Counted from the first letter of the stretch, positions 47,401 to 57,132 are shown. The stretch is 64,000 nt of DNA from a virus (IMGVR_UViG_2671180292_000001:54495-118494), one strand, 5' to 3'. Numbers and translations: made by a program. The notes: generated from the sequence alone by a model not told the origin.

Positions 47401-47411
47401 ATGATGGGAAG

Positions 47412-47648
47412 GTGACCGACCCCATGACCGGTATCAGCGAGGCCGTGTCCGCCTTGAAGCGCGCCGAGGACGAGGCCCGGGCGATCGTCGCCGCCGCCCG
47501 TCTGCAGTTGGGCCGTGAAATCCTCAAAGCGCGAGAGGCCGGCGTCCCACAGAAGGACATCGCGGGATTCCTGGAGCTCACGCGGGAGCAGGTTCGGCGT
47601 TTGAGCAAAGCGGCCAAGGATGCCGCCTCCGCTTCTGCCGAGTCCTGA
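47412..47648 (+). CDS. Small HTH regulator
   Basis: AREAGVPQKDIAGFLELTREQVRRL; the only convincing plus-strand gene in the early arm. Confidence 0.75.
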   Translation: MTDPMTGISEAVSALKRAEDEARAIVAAARLQLGREILKAREAGVPQKDIAGFLELTREQVRRLSKAAKDAASASAES

Positions 47649-47660
47649 GGACAGCACGAC

Positions 47661-47697
47661 GGCCGGCCCCCCGTTCGGCGGGTGGCCGGCCTTCTTC
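47661..47697 (+). terminator. Intrinsic terminator
   Basis: ggccggcc...ggccggcc stem followed by ttcttc, between convergent genes. Confidence 0.6.
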
Positions 47698-47722
47698 ATG
47701 CGCGCCGTGTGCAGGTTGGTGG

Positions 47723-48325
47723 TCAAGGTCGGGGCCACCGCCTCACGGGTATCCCCGCGCGTTGGGCGAGGTCGGCGGTGTGCGAAGCGCCATGGGAGCC
47801 GTGCACCTCGTGGCGACGACAGCCCTTCTGCACGCAGGGGTTGATCAGCGCGAGGCACAGGGTTGCGCCGAGGTCGACCATCACGGCGTCCCTGCGCAAC
47901 CCGGCGCTCGGGCAGTAGGTGCTGCCGTCCCTCCGCGTCCGCCTGTGGCCAGGCTTGCAGTCCGGGGCGCAGGGCTCCCAGTCCGCGGCGTGCCGCTCCA
48001 CCTTCAGACCCATCACGGCAGCGACGCGGTCGGCCAGCTCGTCCGCGCCCTGTCGGCAGTGGCCATGAACCACGGTGACGTACTCGGGGCCGTGATCAGC
48101 GACCACCTGGGCGAAGGTCTCGTGGAGGGGCTGCTCGTCCTCCCAACCGCGGCTGCCGGTGACCAGCAGCCGGCACGGCACCCCGGCGCGTGGGCCGTGG
48201 CCGGGCGTGCAGTACGCGCACCGCGGCCCGCACACGTACGGCCTCGTGGGTAGGGCACCGCATGGGCCCGGGCCAGCGTTGCATGGGCCGAACAACGGCG
48301 ACAGCGGACGGGGAGGGGCGGTCAC
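47723..48325 (-). CDS. SLOG-family (YspA/DUF2493-like) protein
   Basis: RLLVTGSRGW...VVHGHCRQGADELA...AGLRRDAVMV...GASHT. Confidence 0.8.
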   Translation of the reverse strand: MTAPPRPLSPLFGPCNAGPGPCGALPTRPYVCGPRCAYCTPGHGPRAGVPCRLLVTGSRGWEDEQPLHETFAQVVADHGPEYVTVVHGHCRQGADELADRVAAVMGLKVERHAADWEPCAPDCKPGHRRTRRDGSTYCPSAGLRRDAVMVDLGATLCLALINPCVQKGCRRHEVHGSHGASHTADLAQRAGIPVRRWPRP

Positions 48326-48520
48326 GCCGGAGGCTCCTCTCCGGTGCGGTCGTGGACAGTCCAGCCGAACTCGTCGGCGATCAACCCGGCCAGCCTGAGC
48401 GCGCCCTCCCTACTCCCCACTTCGGCACGGCCGGACAGCACTGGCGACTTGGGGAGAGTGACCCGCCACACGGTGAGGCAGCCCCGCTGGTACGGGGCTA
48501 CCTCCACCACCGGCCGCTCG

Positions 48521-48709
48521 TCAGGCACTGGCGTCCTCGAGGGTCTCGCCACGCAGCAGCGCCTGGACATCCGATTCGCGGTACCTGCGGTGCCCTCCCA
48601 GGGTGCGGATCGCGGGAATCCGGCCCTGCTTCGCCCAGCGGGAGACGGTCTTCGGGTCGACCCGGAAAATCGCGCCGACCTCGCGAGGGGTGAGGAGACG
48701 GTCAGCCAC
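48521..48709 (-). CDS. bldC: BldC-like MerR-family HTH regulator
   Basis: LLTPREVGAIFRVDPKTVSRWAKQGRIPAIRTLGGHRRYRESDVQALL, very close to the BldC signature. Confidence 0.85.
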   Translation of the reverse strand: MADRLLTPREVGAIFRVDPKTVSRWAKQGRIPAIRTLGGHRRYRESDVQALLRGETLEDASA

Positions 48710-49401
48710 GACGCCACCGCCTGTCCTCGTAGTGGGCGAGACGCTCGGCAAGAGCGTTGGCGCGGTCCCGCTCCAGCAGGTACAACGCCTGCGGCCCCTC
48801 CGAGCGCAACACGGCGTTGTCGCGCTGGAGCTGGTCGATCCGGGCCAGTAGATCCTCGTGGCTGGCCCGTGCAGGCGTGCTGGGCACGGTCACCTGCCGG
48901 GCCGGGGCCTTCTGCTCGCGGACACGCCGGGCCGTGGCCTCCACCTCTCGGCGCAGCTTCGCCACCTCGCACTCCAACTGGTCGACGCGGGTGTGCGCGT
49001 CAGCCAGTTCGGCGCGGAGCCGCTCCTCTCCGTCGTCGGCGGCCGGGACGGGGGTGAGGAGCATCGTCGGCTGCTCGTCATCCCCCGGCCAGTCGGGGAC
49101 GTCAAGCGGCTCGTGGAGGTCCCTCCGGGCACCTGCCCAGCGGGCGCGTAAACGGGTGAACAACGAACGCCTTCCTCTCTTCAGTGGGTGGGTTGGCCGG
49201 CAGCGGCCGAGTCGTCCGCTGCGGCGGCGAGCGCCTGGTCGAGGTCGTTGAGGACCTCGGCGCATAGGTCGCGGCACGCCGTCGCTGTGACGGTGCTGCC
49301 GTCAGTGGTGTGGATGCGCCGCTCGTACACCAGGCGGCGTTCGGCCCAGCGGGCGCGCATGGCCAGCAGCTGGTCCCGCAGCGTCAGCAGCTCGGTCTCG
49401 G

Positions 49402-49671
49402 TCATGCCGCGGCCCAGCCTCGGCGCATCCGACGGCGCCGCTCAGAGGCACGCTCGTCCTCGTTCAGGCCACCCCAAGTGCCGTACTTCTCCGGCCGCTG
49501 GAGGCTGTAGTCGATGCACTCCGCGCGCACCGGACACTGGGCGCAGATGGCCTTCGCCTTGCGCTCCCTGATGTCACGCTCTGCCTGGCGCTCGCCGTCG
49601 GGGCCGAAGAACAGCACCAGGTCTTCGCCTTGGCAGGCGGCTCGGTCTTGCCACGTCCAGGGGTTACGCAT
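49402..49671 (-). CDS. WhiB-family Fe-S transcription factor (WhiD/WhiB3-like)
   Basis: WQDRAAC...FFGPDGER...AKAICAQCPVRAEC...YGTWGGLNEDER. Confidence 0.92.
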   Translation of the reverse strand: MRNPWTWQDRAACQGEDLVLFFGPDGERQAERDIRERKAKAICAQCPVRAECIDYSLQRPEKYGTWGGLNEDERASERRRRMRRGWAAA

Positions 49672-49699
49672 CGGGGTTACCTCCTCTTGGTGGTGCGGA

Positions 49700-50130
49700 T
49701 GGGCAGGTGGAACAGCAACCCAGGCCGGGTAGTCGATGTGGGCTGCGGATAGGTCGGGTTGGCGCGTCGACTTGGCGCGGCACGGGGAGGGCCGTGACGG
49801 TGGTGCTCTGGGTCTCGGGACGACTCGTCGGACGTCGACGGGGTGGTTGGTGCAGCGGAAGGCTCGGCTCGTCGACGTGGCAGGGGACGGTTTGGTTTGT
49901 CGGCGTGGGTGGGCACGGCCGGGGGACGGTTCGGTTCGTCGGCGTGAAACGTGATCGGCTTGGGATGTCGCAACGGCGAGGAATGACCTGACTTGGTTCG
50001 TCGTGCAGGTCAGGGAAGGTTCGGCTTGACGTGTCGTAGAGGCTCGGGGCGGGCTGCCAAGGATCGGGTAGTCGGTTGGGTTGGGAAGGCCAGGCTCGTC
50101 GGTGTTGGGTGGGCTAGCCGTATCTGTCAC
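49700..50130 (-). repeat. Non-coding array of GAC-delimited units built from NNN(C/T)C pentamers (candidate guide ncRNA array)
   Basis: For example gac gaacc aagtc aggtc attcc tcgcc gttgc / gac acgtc aagcc gaacc ttccc tgacc tgcac. Units are mostly 27-39 nt, clustering near 28, 33 and 38. Strand inferred from the flanking genes. Confidence 0.75.
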
Positions 50131-50237
50131 GGCGTCGCAGACGGGCATCTGGGGGTCTCTTCTCGGGGTCGGAGTGATCAGCGGGGTTGTGATGTCCGGG
50201 CCGGGCCTCAGCCGCATGGGTAGGGGCCCGGCGCGTC

Positions 50238-51019
50238 TCAGCAGCGGGCGAATTCCAAGAGCTCGAACCGGCCGTCTGAGCGGCCGCGATCGGCGCCGAT
50301 GCCGATCTGCTCACCGGCTTGGAAGATCCTCGCCCACGCGGTCAGCGGCAGGAAGTCGTCCCGCACCCGCAGCCGAAACTCCAGCGTCGGCTGGTAGACG
50401 TACTCGACCCGGCTGATCGAGTTCCGGGGCCTTGAGGGGTCATGACGTGCTTGAACCGCTCTTCGACCCCGGTCGGCTCGGTCACGCCTAGCGGGATGAA
50501 GATCTCCTCGACGAACGCCCGCTCCACGATCGTGCCCATCAGGCCCTTCTTGAAGCCCGGCGGGAGTGGCCGGCCGACACCGGAGTCATGCGCTTTCTTG
50601 GTCTTTGTGTCTTTGCTGGCGGGGGGTTTGCCGTCCCAGTCGGACCCGGGGTACGCCGAGTTGGCCCATTCCTTGATCGCGGCTTTCATGCACCGCCCCT
50701 CGAACACCAGCTCTCCCGTGACGGGATGGCGCAGAAACCCGTTCACGCTGGGTGCGGCGTCGGTCTCCATCAGCGCGTCAGCGAGCTGATCGGTGCCGGG
50801 CTGCCCATCGGGGAACCGCGAGTGCAGGACCTGGTCGACCATCTCCTGCAGATCCCGGTCCCCGAGCTGCATCTTCGCTTTCAACCAGCTCTTGATCACC
50901 GACTTGTTCGACGGGATCCCCCCGACGAGCTTGTCGATACAGCGCAACCGCACACGGTAGGTCGCGAACTGGTCATCCAACTCGACGCCGAGCTGGGCAA
51001 ACACATCCAACGCGCTCAC
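50238..51019 (-). CDS. Cas7/RAMP-like protein with a one-base frameshift at ~50426-50429
   Basis: N-terminal YRVRLRCIDKLVGGIP, central GRCMKAAIKE. After adding one C the C-terminus reads RNSISRVEYV...LEFRL...GEQIGIGADRGRSDGRFEL (RAMP Gly-rich loop), stop at 50238. Confidence 0.7.
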
Positions 51020-51438
51020 GACGCCACCTCACCCTTCACGACCCGGGAAATCGGAGTGACCCGGCCGGCGCGGAGCGCGGCGTTCGCGGCCTCCAACTCC
51101 CTGACCCTGGCCTTGGCCTGGTCGAACCGCGTCTGCAGGTCCTCCACGTAGGCGGCGGTCGACGGCGGCATGTCCGGCGGCGGCAGTTCCTCCAGCGTGT
51201 TACGGGTCTGCCGGATGAGCTGGCGGGCCCGGCCGAACTCGGCGACGGTGAGCTGCAGCCGGGTCGCATGCTCGATCGCGCGGAACGCGTCGAACAGCTC
51301 GCGCGGGCTCCGGCCATCCAGGCTCTGGCCGACGATGGCCTCGATGTCGGCGCGTAGCGCGGGGTCTGTCTGGATCAACGCCACAGCGGCGTCGAACTCC
51401 TCTTGGCTGTACTCCTGCGCTCTGCGTCTTCTGGACAC
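51016..51438 (-). CDS. Hypothetical coiled-coil protein translationally coupled to the Cas7-like gene
   Basis: GTGA overlap; GGGAGG RBS. Confidence 0.6.
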   Translation of the reverse strand: MSRRRRAQEYSQEEFDAAVALIQTDPALRADIEAIVGQSLDGRSPRELFDAFRAIEHATRLQLTVAEFGRARQLIRQTRNTLEELPPPDMPPSTAAYVEDLQTRFDQAKARVRELEAANAALRAGRVTPISRVVKGEVAS

Positions 51439-51571
51439 CCGGGGTCCTCCCTTCACGGGTGACGGGGTAACGGGGATGAGGGGGTGAGTTGGGGCCACGG
51501 GCCCGCCCTGGACGGGCCAACGCACGAGACCATCGGGATCTCAAACCGGGCAGGCCCGTGGAGACTTGGGG

Positions 51572-52405
51572 TCAGGCGGCCAGCTGCGGGTACTCACGGA
51601 CCCGCAAGTCGGCAGGCCAGAACGACCAGTCGCCGCCCTTGCGGTCACCCTGAGCTGCGACAGAACGTCCGCCGACCACGACATCGGATGCCCAGACCGC
51701 GCCCATCTGCTTCACGAACACGGGCACGCCCGCGTCCTGGCACTGCTCGCGGATGGAACGCACCCACTCCAGATCCAGGGGCCGGGCGCCGCTGCCGCTC
51801 TCGCCGCCGACCACGATCCAGCTCAGCGACGGCTCGTCCCGCCGGTAGGGGTCGGCTCCGACCCAGTCGTCACGAAGAACGACCGGGCCGAGCAGCGGCT
51901 CGGCCGAGACCCAGCGCACGGCAGCCGGGGTTTCCAGCAGCGCGGGTATCCGGGCGTCGGCTTGCTCCTGGTTCTCTGCGGAGACGCCCATCCACAGGTT
52001 CGGCGGCCAGGGCAACTTGTGGGCGATCTTCGGTAGGCGCGCGGCGCGCTTGGTCAGCACCTGATAGGTGTGCTGCGGGGTGGCCTCGATCACCTCGAAC
52101 ACGCGGCGGACGAAGTCCAGCGGCACCCGAGCGTGCAGCAAGTCACTCATCGAGTTGACGAAGACCTTGCGCGGCCTGGCCCAGGTGAACGGCTCGTTCA
52201 GCGTGTCCGGGTGAAGGGTGAGGCCGAACCCGGGGCCGCTGGTGCGGGGGTCGCCGTCGTTCTGGTACTTCGCGCTGCCCATGCTCTTGAGGCGCTTCGC
52301 CATCGGGAGCGCGTAGCAGTGGTCGCAGCCAGCCGAGATGCGATCGCATCCGGTGGTGGGGTTCCAGGTCTGGTCCGTCCATTCGATGGAGGTCTTGGTG
52401 CTCAT
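51572..52405 (-). CDS. DUF5131 (phage Gp37/Gp68) radical-SAM-like protein
   Basis: TSIEWTDQTWNPTTGCDRISAGCDHCYA, FVNSMSDL, LTKR, SAEPLL, GGESG, FVKQMG. Confidence 0.92.
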   Translation of the reverse strand: MSTKTSIEWTDQTWNPTTGCDRISAGCDHCYALPMAKRLKSMGSAKYQNDGDPRTSGPGFGLTLHPDTLNEPFTWARPRKVFVNSMSDLLHARVPLDFVRRVFEVIEATPQHTYQVLTKRAARLPKIAHKLPWPPNLWMGVSAENQEQADARIPALLETPAAVRWVSAEPLLGPVVLRDDWVGADPYRRDEPSLSWIVVGGESGSGARPLDLEWVRSIREQCQDAGVPVFVKQMGAVWASDVVVGGRSVAAQGDRKGGDWSFWPADLRVREYPQLAA

Positions 52406-53645
52406 CGCTGTCATACCTCCGTGCCGGGGTGGTTGCTGGAACGTCGGGTCAGTGCGCGGTCGCGGCGGAGCCACCACGGAGCCACATGCCAGGCCCCGCA
52501 CCGGCAGGAGTGGATCCGGTAGAACAGATGCCGCAACACTCCGTTCCGGCGCCGGTGTGCGTATAGCGCGTTCCTGGCCTGTCTCCACGTCGGGTACGGG
52601 TCGAGATCCAGACGGGGGCAGTCCTCCATCTCGGCCCATTCCTCACGCGGCCACAACCGGTCGTGAAGGCCGGCCAGTTCCTCGTCCAGGGCGTCCAGGC
52701 GAGTGCTGTACGACTCGGGGTGACCAGCAGGCATCCGCACGGGCTCGTCCAGCAGTCCCTCATGCGGTAGACGGCGGGTCACAGCCCCTCCCAGCGGAGG
52801 TGGAAAACGGACACGGTCTCCCGACGGCGCGGCTGCTCCAGGTCGTCGCCAGGGTGGTAGTCCCAGCTGACGTAGGCGACCGGCCGTCCCCGCAGGTAGC
52901 CGACGTCGTCCACGGTGCCCTGGTCGACGATGCCGTTTGAGGCGCGGCTGACGCGGGATTGGGGGCGGAAAAGGAAACGCAGGTGGTCGATGTCCCCTTC
53001 TGCGATCGTCTCCACGAGGTCGGGCGAAGCATCCGTGGTGAGGGTCACGTCAGTCCTCCATTCGAGGTCGGAGCGTCTGATAGTTCGCGGCGGAGCCTGT
53101 TCAGCTCGGCCAGGTGCGACTCTGCGCGCTGGGAAGCAAGGTCGGCCTGCTGCTCGGCGCGGGCCGCCCGCTCGGACAGGCGCGTGTTCTCCCGCCGGGC
53201 CGCAGCCAGGCACGTTTGCAGGCCCTCGAGGTCCTCGCGGGCCGCGCGGAGGTGGACGTCGGTCACCTCACGCTCGATCTGCCGGCCCGAGAGGAGCCCG
53301 TAGGCGAACGCGAACCCACCGGTGAGCCAGGCGGCGAGCATCCAGTCGGGGCCGCCGATGACCCACCACAGGCCCATCAGGCAGATGATGACCGTGCAGG
53401 CGAGCGCGGTGGAGTACGGCTGCAGCACAGGCTTGCGGGTGGGGGTGCCGGGGGTCACCGTGCCCTCCCCCGCCCGCCGTGGCGGCCTCCGAGGGTGCAG
53501 TCCGGCACCCAGGCGCTGGTGTACGACACCCGACGAGCACGCCGCGGATACTGGCGGGCCCGGTGGCGGTGCCACACATGCACGCACGTGGATACCACCC
53601 CCACGCCAGCGACGATGAGCATGCCGTTGAGGAACTGGCCGGCGG

Positions 53646-54821
53646 TCATGCCAACGCCCCCATCCCGGCGGAGTCCGTGATGAGGTGCGGCACGAACGAC
53701 GAGGTGTTATCCGTGATCAGACCGCGGGTTTCTCGGATGCCGAGGCCGGCGGCTTCGTCGCCGACGACCCATGCGCCGAGGACGGGCCGCCAGCCGCCGA
53801 GGTCGGGGAGCGGCCAGAACTCCTGGTGGACGTAGCCTTCGGCGCCGTACTCCCCTTCGGTGTGGATCACCTGGCCGGGAGTGACGACCCGCATGGACGC
53901 GCCTTCACGGCCGAGCAGCGGCTTGGCCACGTACGAGACCAGCTCGCGAGGGCTGTCGAGGTACGCCGGGAGCAGGTTCGGATGGTCGGGGAACAACTCC
54001 CACAACAGCGCGAGCAGCGCCTTGTTCGACAGGAGCATCTTCCACAACGGCTCCACCCACGGCGTGCGGGGCTGAGCGTCGACCGCGGCCGGGCCGAAAT
54101 CGTCAGCCGCGGCCCATTCCCACGGGTACAGCTTGAACATCCGCTCGATCGGCTCGCCGTGCTGGTCCACAAAGATGCGGCGGCCGGTGTCCCAGCCGAC
54201 GGTCTCGATCGGCTGGACTACCGCGTTCACGCCACCGTCAGCGGCGGCCTCGGCCATGTAGGCGGCGTTCAGCGCGTCCTCGCCGGCTTCGTCCGTCTGG
54301 GTGTAGGTGAAGTGCACCATGGTGCCCTTGGCGAGTGCGGCCCAGGCGGCGGCGAGTCGTTCGTGCAGGGAGTTCCACTGATCGGCGTGGGGGCGGACGT
54401 CCTGTTTCCAGTACCACTGGGCAACCGCCGACTCCACCAGCGATGTGGGGGTGTCGGCGTTGTACTCCAGCAGCTTCGCGTGCGAGACGCCATCCCAGCA
54501 CAGATCGAACCTGCCGTAGACGTGCGGGTCACGCCGCCGCCACGACGCGGTGATCGGCTCCCACAGCCACTCGGGGATCCGGAAGTCGGAGAACCGGCGC
54601 CGCTTCACAACGTGGTCGACCACGTCCAAGCACATGCGGTGGAGCTCCTCCACCACGACCTCGAGGTCCTCGACCTGGGCGAGCGTGACGCGGTAGTGCA
54701 CGCCCTCGTCCCAGTACGGGCGGCCCTCCGCGCCGGGCTCCACCGCCTGGTGGAACCCAAGCCCCTGAGCTTCGACGATCCGCTCCCACCCGGGGCGGCG
54801 GGTGCCGGTGTGACGGTGCAT
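53646..54821 (-). CDS. Glutathionylspermidine synthase-family ATP-grasp ligase (YgiC-like)
   Basis: YGRFDL, KLLEYNADTPTSLVE, FKLYPWE, EPLWKMLLSNKA, KPLLGREG, GLGIRE. Confidence 0.93.
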   Translation of the reverse strand: MHRHTGTRRPGWERIVEAQGLGFHQAVEPGAEGRPYWDEGVHYRVTLAQVEDLEVVVEELHRMCLDVVDHVVKRRRFSDFRIPEWLWEPITASWRRRDPHVYGRFDLCWDGVSHAKLLEYNADTPTSLVESAVAQWYWKQDVRPHADQWNSLHERLAAAWAALAKGTMVHFTYTQTDEAGEDALNAAYMAEAAADGGVNAVVQPIETVGWDTGRRIFVDQHGEPIERMFKLYPWEWAAADDFGPAAVDAQPRTPWVEPLWKMLLSNKALLALLWELFPDHPNLLPAYLDSPRELVSYVAKPLLGREGASMRVVTPGQVIHTEGEYGAEGYVHQEFWPLPDLGGWRPVLGAWVVGDEAAGLGIRETRGLITDNTSSFVPHLITDSAGMGALA

Positions 54822-55189
54822 CACGAACCGCCTCCGCCCTTGGCGTTGCCGCCGAACCCTCCGACGATCACGCGGCCCGACCTGCTGGAGATGTTGGTGT
54901 TCTGCGGCCGAGTCAACGTCCCGCCGGTGACGGTGCCGTTGGAGGCGTGGCTGCCGCCGTAGATCCACACGAACCCGCCACCGCCGTGGCCTCCGCTGCT
55001 GCGGTGGTTGTCGCAGTAGCTGTCAGCGACCGCCCTGTACGAGCCGTCGCGCTGCTTGGCCGCGCAGTCCGCAGTCACTGTGCCCCGGTCATTGCTGCAC
55101 GCAGCCGCGAAGGCCAACGAGAAGGCGACCAGAGCGGTCACGGGCACAGCCCGAGACGCTTTGATACGACGGGAAGGCGACTCGGTCAT
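54821..55189 (-). CDS. Gly-rich lipoprotein, YgiB/DUF1190-like partner of Gsp synthase
   Basis: Lipobox AAAC, two further Cys, GGFGG tail; directly upstream of the ygiC-like gene. Confidence 0.7.
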   Translation of the reverse strand: MTESPSRRIKASRAVPVTALVAFSLAFAAACSNDRGTVTADCAAKQRDGSYRAVADSYCDNHRSSGGHGGGGFVWIYGGSHASNGTVTGGTLTRPQNTNISSRSGRVIVGGFGGNAKGGGGS

Positions 55190-55799
55190 GACGGGCTCCC
55201 AGCGGGTTCCTGGTCGTCCAGGGCCCCGGCCTGCTGCGCGCACGAGGCGATCTCCCGCAGGCCTGCGGCAGGGTCCCCGGTGTCGGCGGCGAGGCGGACG
55301 GCAGAGCGGATGACCTCACCGAGAGCGTCGAGGGCACCGCCGAGGTGCTTGCCAGCGACGCGGAGCCGGTCGACCTCGCCCAGCAGGCGGGGCATGTCCA
55401 CGGCGTAGACCGGGACCGCACGAGAACACCGCTGCGCCGCGCGCTCCGGACCGAGGTAGTTCTGCGGCCACGTGAGCGCCTTGGACACGTCCGGCTGCTG
55501 CTGGAACACCAGACCCTGGCCGTCGACCCACACCCACTCGTGATGGCTGCTCGCGGTGTGCGGCTCGTCAGAGTGATCGCAGAAGAAGCCAACTGGAGCT
55601 TGCGCGCGGAGGGCGGCGAGCTGCTCGTCGGTCAGAGGCTCAGACATCACGCACCCCCATCCACGAGGCGTGCGCGGACGCTGCATGCAGCAGGACCTCC
55701 GCATGCTCGGCGGGCAGCTCAACGAAGTCGTCTTCCTGGGTGGCGAGGCTGTTTTGCACGGAGCGGAGAGCGTCGCGGAGCTGATCACGGAAGGTAAGC

Positions 55800-56240
55800 T
55801 CAGTCATGGTCGCCTCCCACGAGGTAGCGGACCGGCTTGCCCTGCTGCTCGGCGTAGGCGATCTCCGACCGGGTGGAGTCGCCGTAGTAGCCGCTCTCGT
55901 CGCTGACGACGAGGACCTCGTCGGCGAGGTCGATCTTCCGCTTGTGCAACTCGTCGAGGCGGGTCTTCTCCTCGTCGGTGAGGGGGTCGCCGGAGTGGGC
56001 GAACACGCCGGGGGCGAGCACGATGACGCCCTGGCGGGTGAGGTGCTGGTTGGCGGCGGCGAACTCCTCACGGAAGCGGGTGCTGCCGCACAGGGCGACG
56101 ATCGGCGGTCTCCCGGCGCGCAGCCGCTCAACCTCACCCACCAGGGCGCATGCTTCCTCCTGGCTAAGGCCAAACCAGACCTCGGCGTTGCAACGCTGAC
56201 GCAGCTCGTTGAGGCGCTCGTCGGACAGGTGGGCGGTCAT
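55800..56240 (-). CDS. Nucleoside 2-deoxyribosyltransferase-like (DUF4406) protein
   Basis: IVALCGSTRF...HKRKIDLADEVLV...GYYGDSTRSEIAYA...GKPV. Confidence 0.75.
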   Translation of the reverse strand: MTAHLSDERLNELRQRCNAEVWFGLSQEEACALVGEVERLRAGRPPIVALCGSTRFREEFAAANQHLTRQGVIVLAPGVFAHSGDPLTDEEKTRLDELHKRKIDLADEVLVVSDESGYYGDSTRSEIAYAEQQGKPVRYLVGGDHD

Positions 56241-56561
56241 TGGTTTCTCCTTGTGGCGGGGTCGGTGTCGGGGTGGCACGGGCAACGCCCATCAACCGGG
56301 CGGGGCGGGCGGACGTACCGGACAGGCTCGTCATCTCCGGTTCGGCGGCGGGCCGTCCTTGGAGCGGTGTGCCGGCCTGTGCTGGGGGCGAGCAGGTCGC
56401 GCAGGACCATCACGCACCCCCTGGGGACATGTGACGGGGAGCCTCGTCACGGATCGGGTCGAACGCGACAGTCGCGTCCGGGTCGAACCCAGGGGCGGGC
56501 TCGGGCATGTGGTGTCGGCCACGCGGCGGGGGAACCAGACGGAGCAGCAGCGCGCGGAGCC

Positions 56562-57132
56562 TCATGACGGCCGCTCCGGGGTCTCCTCGCCGATCGTCGC
56601 GACCCGCGAGTTCGGGTCTGCGGGGTTGCACAGCGATCCGATCGCGTGGTTCAGCTGCCGCTCGCCGCGCTCGTTGGTGTCCCACCACACCGGGTTGCCG
56701 CAGTAGATGCAGTGCCCCACGGGCGGGTTGTCCGTCGGTGCGGCCGGGACTGCGGCGATGAGACCGGTGTGCGGGGCGTCACCGCCGTTCCACACCGCGT
56801 GCTGGGACGCGCCCTGCTGGCCGGGGAGCGGCCACACCGCCGTGTCCTGCAGCGGATACCCGGCCTCAGCGAGCCGCCGCCGGTACCTGTCCGCAGTGCC
56901 GTCCAACTCGGCGAGGACGGTGTCCGTGGCGTCGACTTCCCGGCCGAGATCATCGCGTTGCCGGGCGAGTTCATCTCGTTTACGGAGCAAGTCAGCGCGG
57001 TACGTGGACTGGTTCGCCCGTTCGTTTTCCACGCGTCGTAGTTCGGTGGCCAGGACAGCGGCGGCGGCCTGCGTCAAGGGCGCCGGCGCGGTGCTCTGGG
57101 AATGGGCCGGGGGTAGGTTCTGCTTGGCCATG
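56562..57132 (-). CDS. Hypothetical coiled-coil/Zn-ribbon protein
   Basis: GGAGG RBS; CIYCG. Confidence 0.5.

Noticed and set aside
50019-50031. 13-nt match (cgtcaagccgaac) between an array unit and early promoter 2 (35699-35711)
   Set aside because: A match this short is expected by chance in 64 kb of high-GC sequence, so it is not accepted as a target without a statistical test.
49700-50130. Canonical CRISPR array next to the Cas7-like gene
   Set aside because: There are no identical 25-40-nt repeats with unique spacers; only a GAC punctuation and pentamer phase are conserved.
49402-50217. 271-aa N-terminally extended WhiB and other ORFs across the array
   Set aside because: The extension is Pro/Arg-rich translation of the period-5 array. 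WhiB has its own GAGGAGG RBS before 49671.
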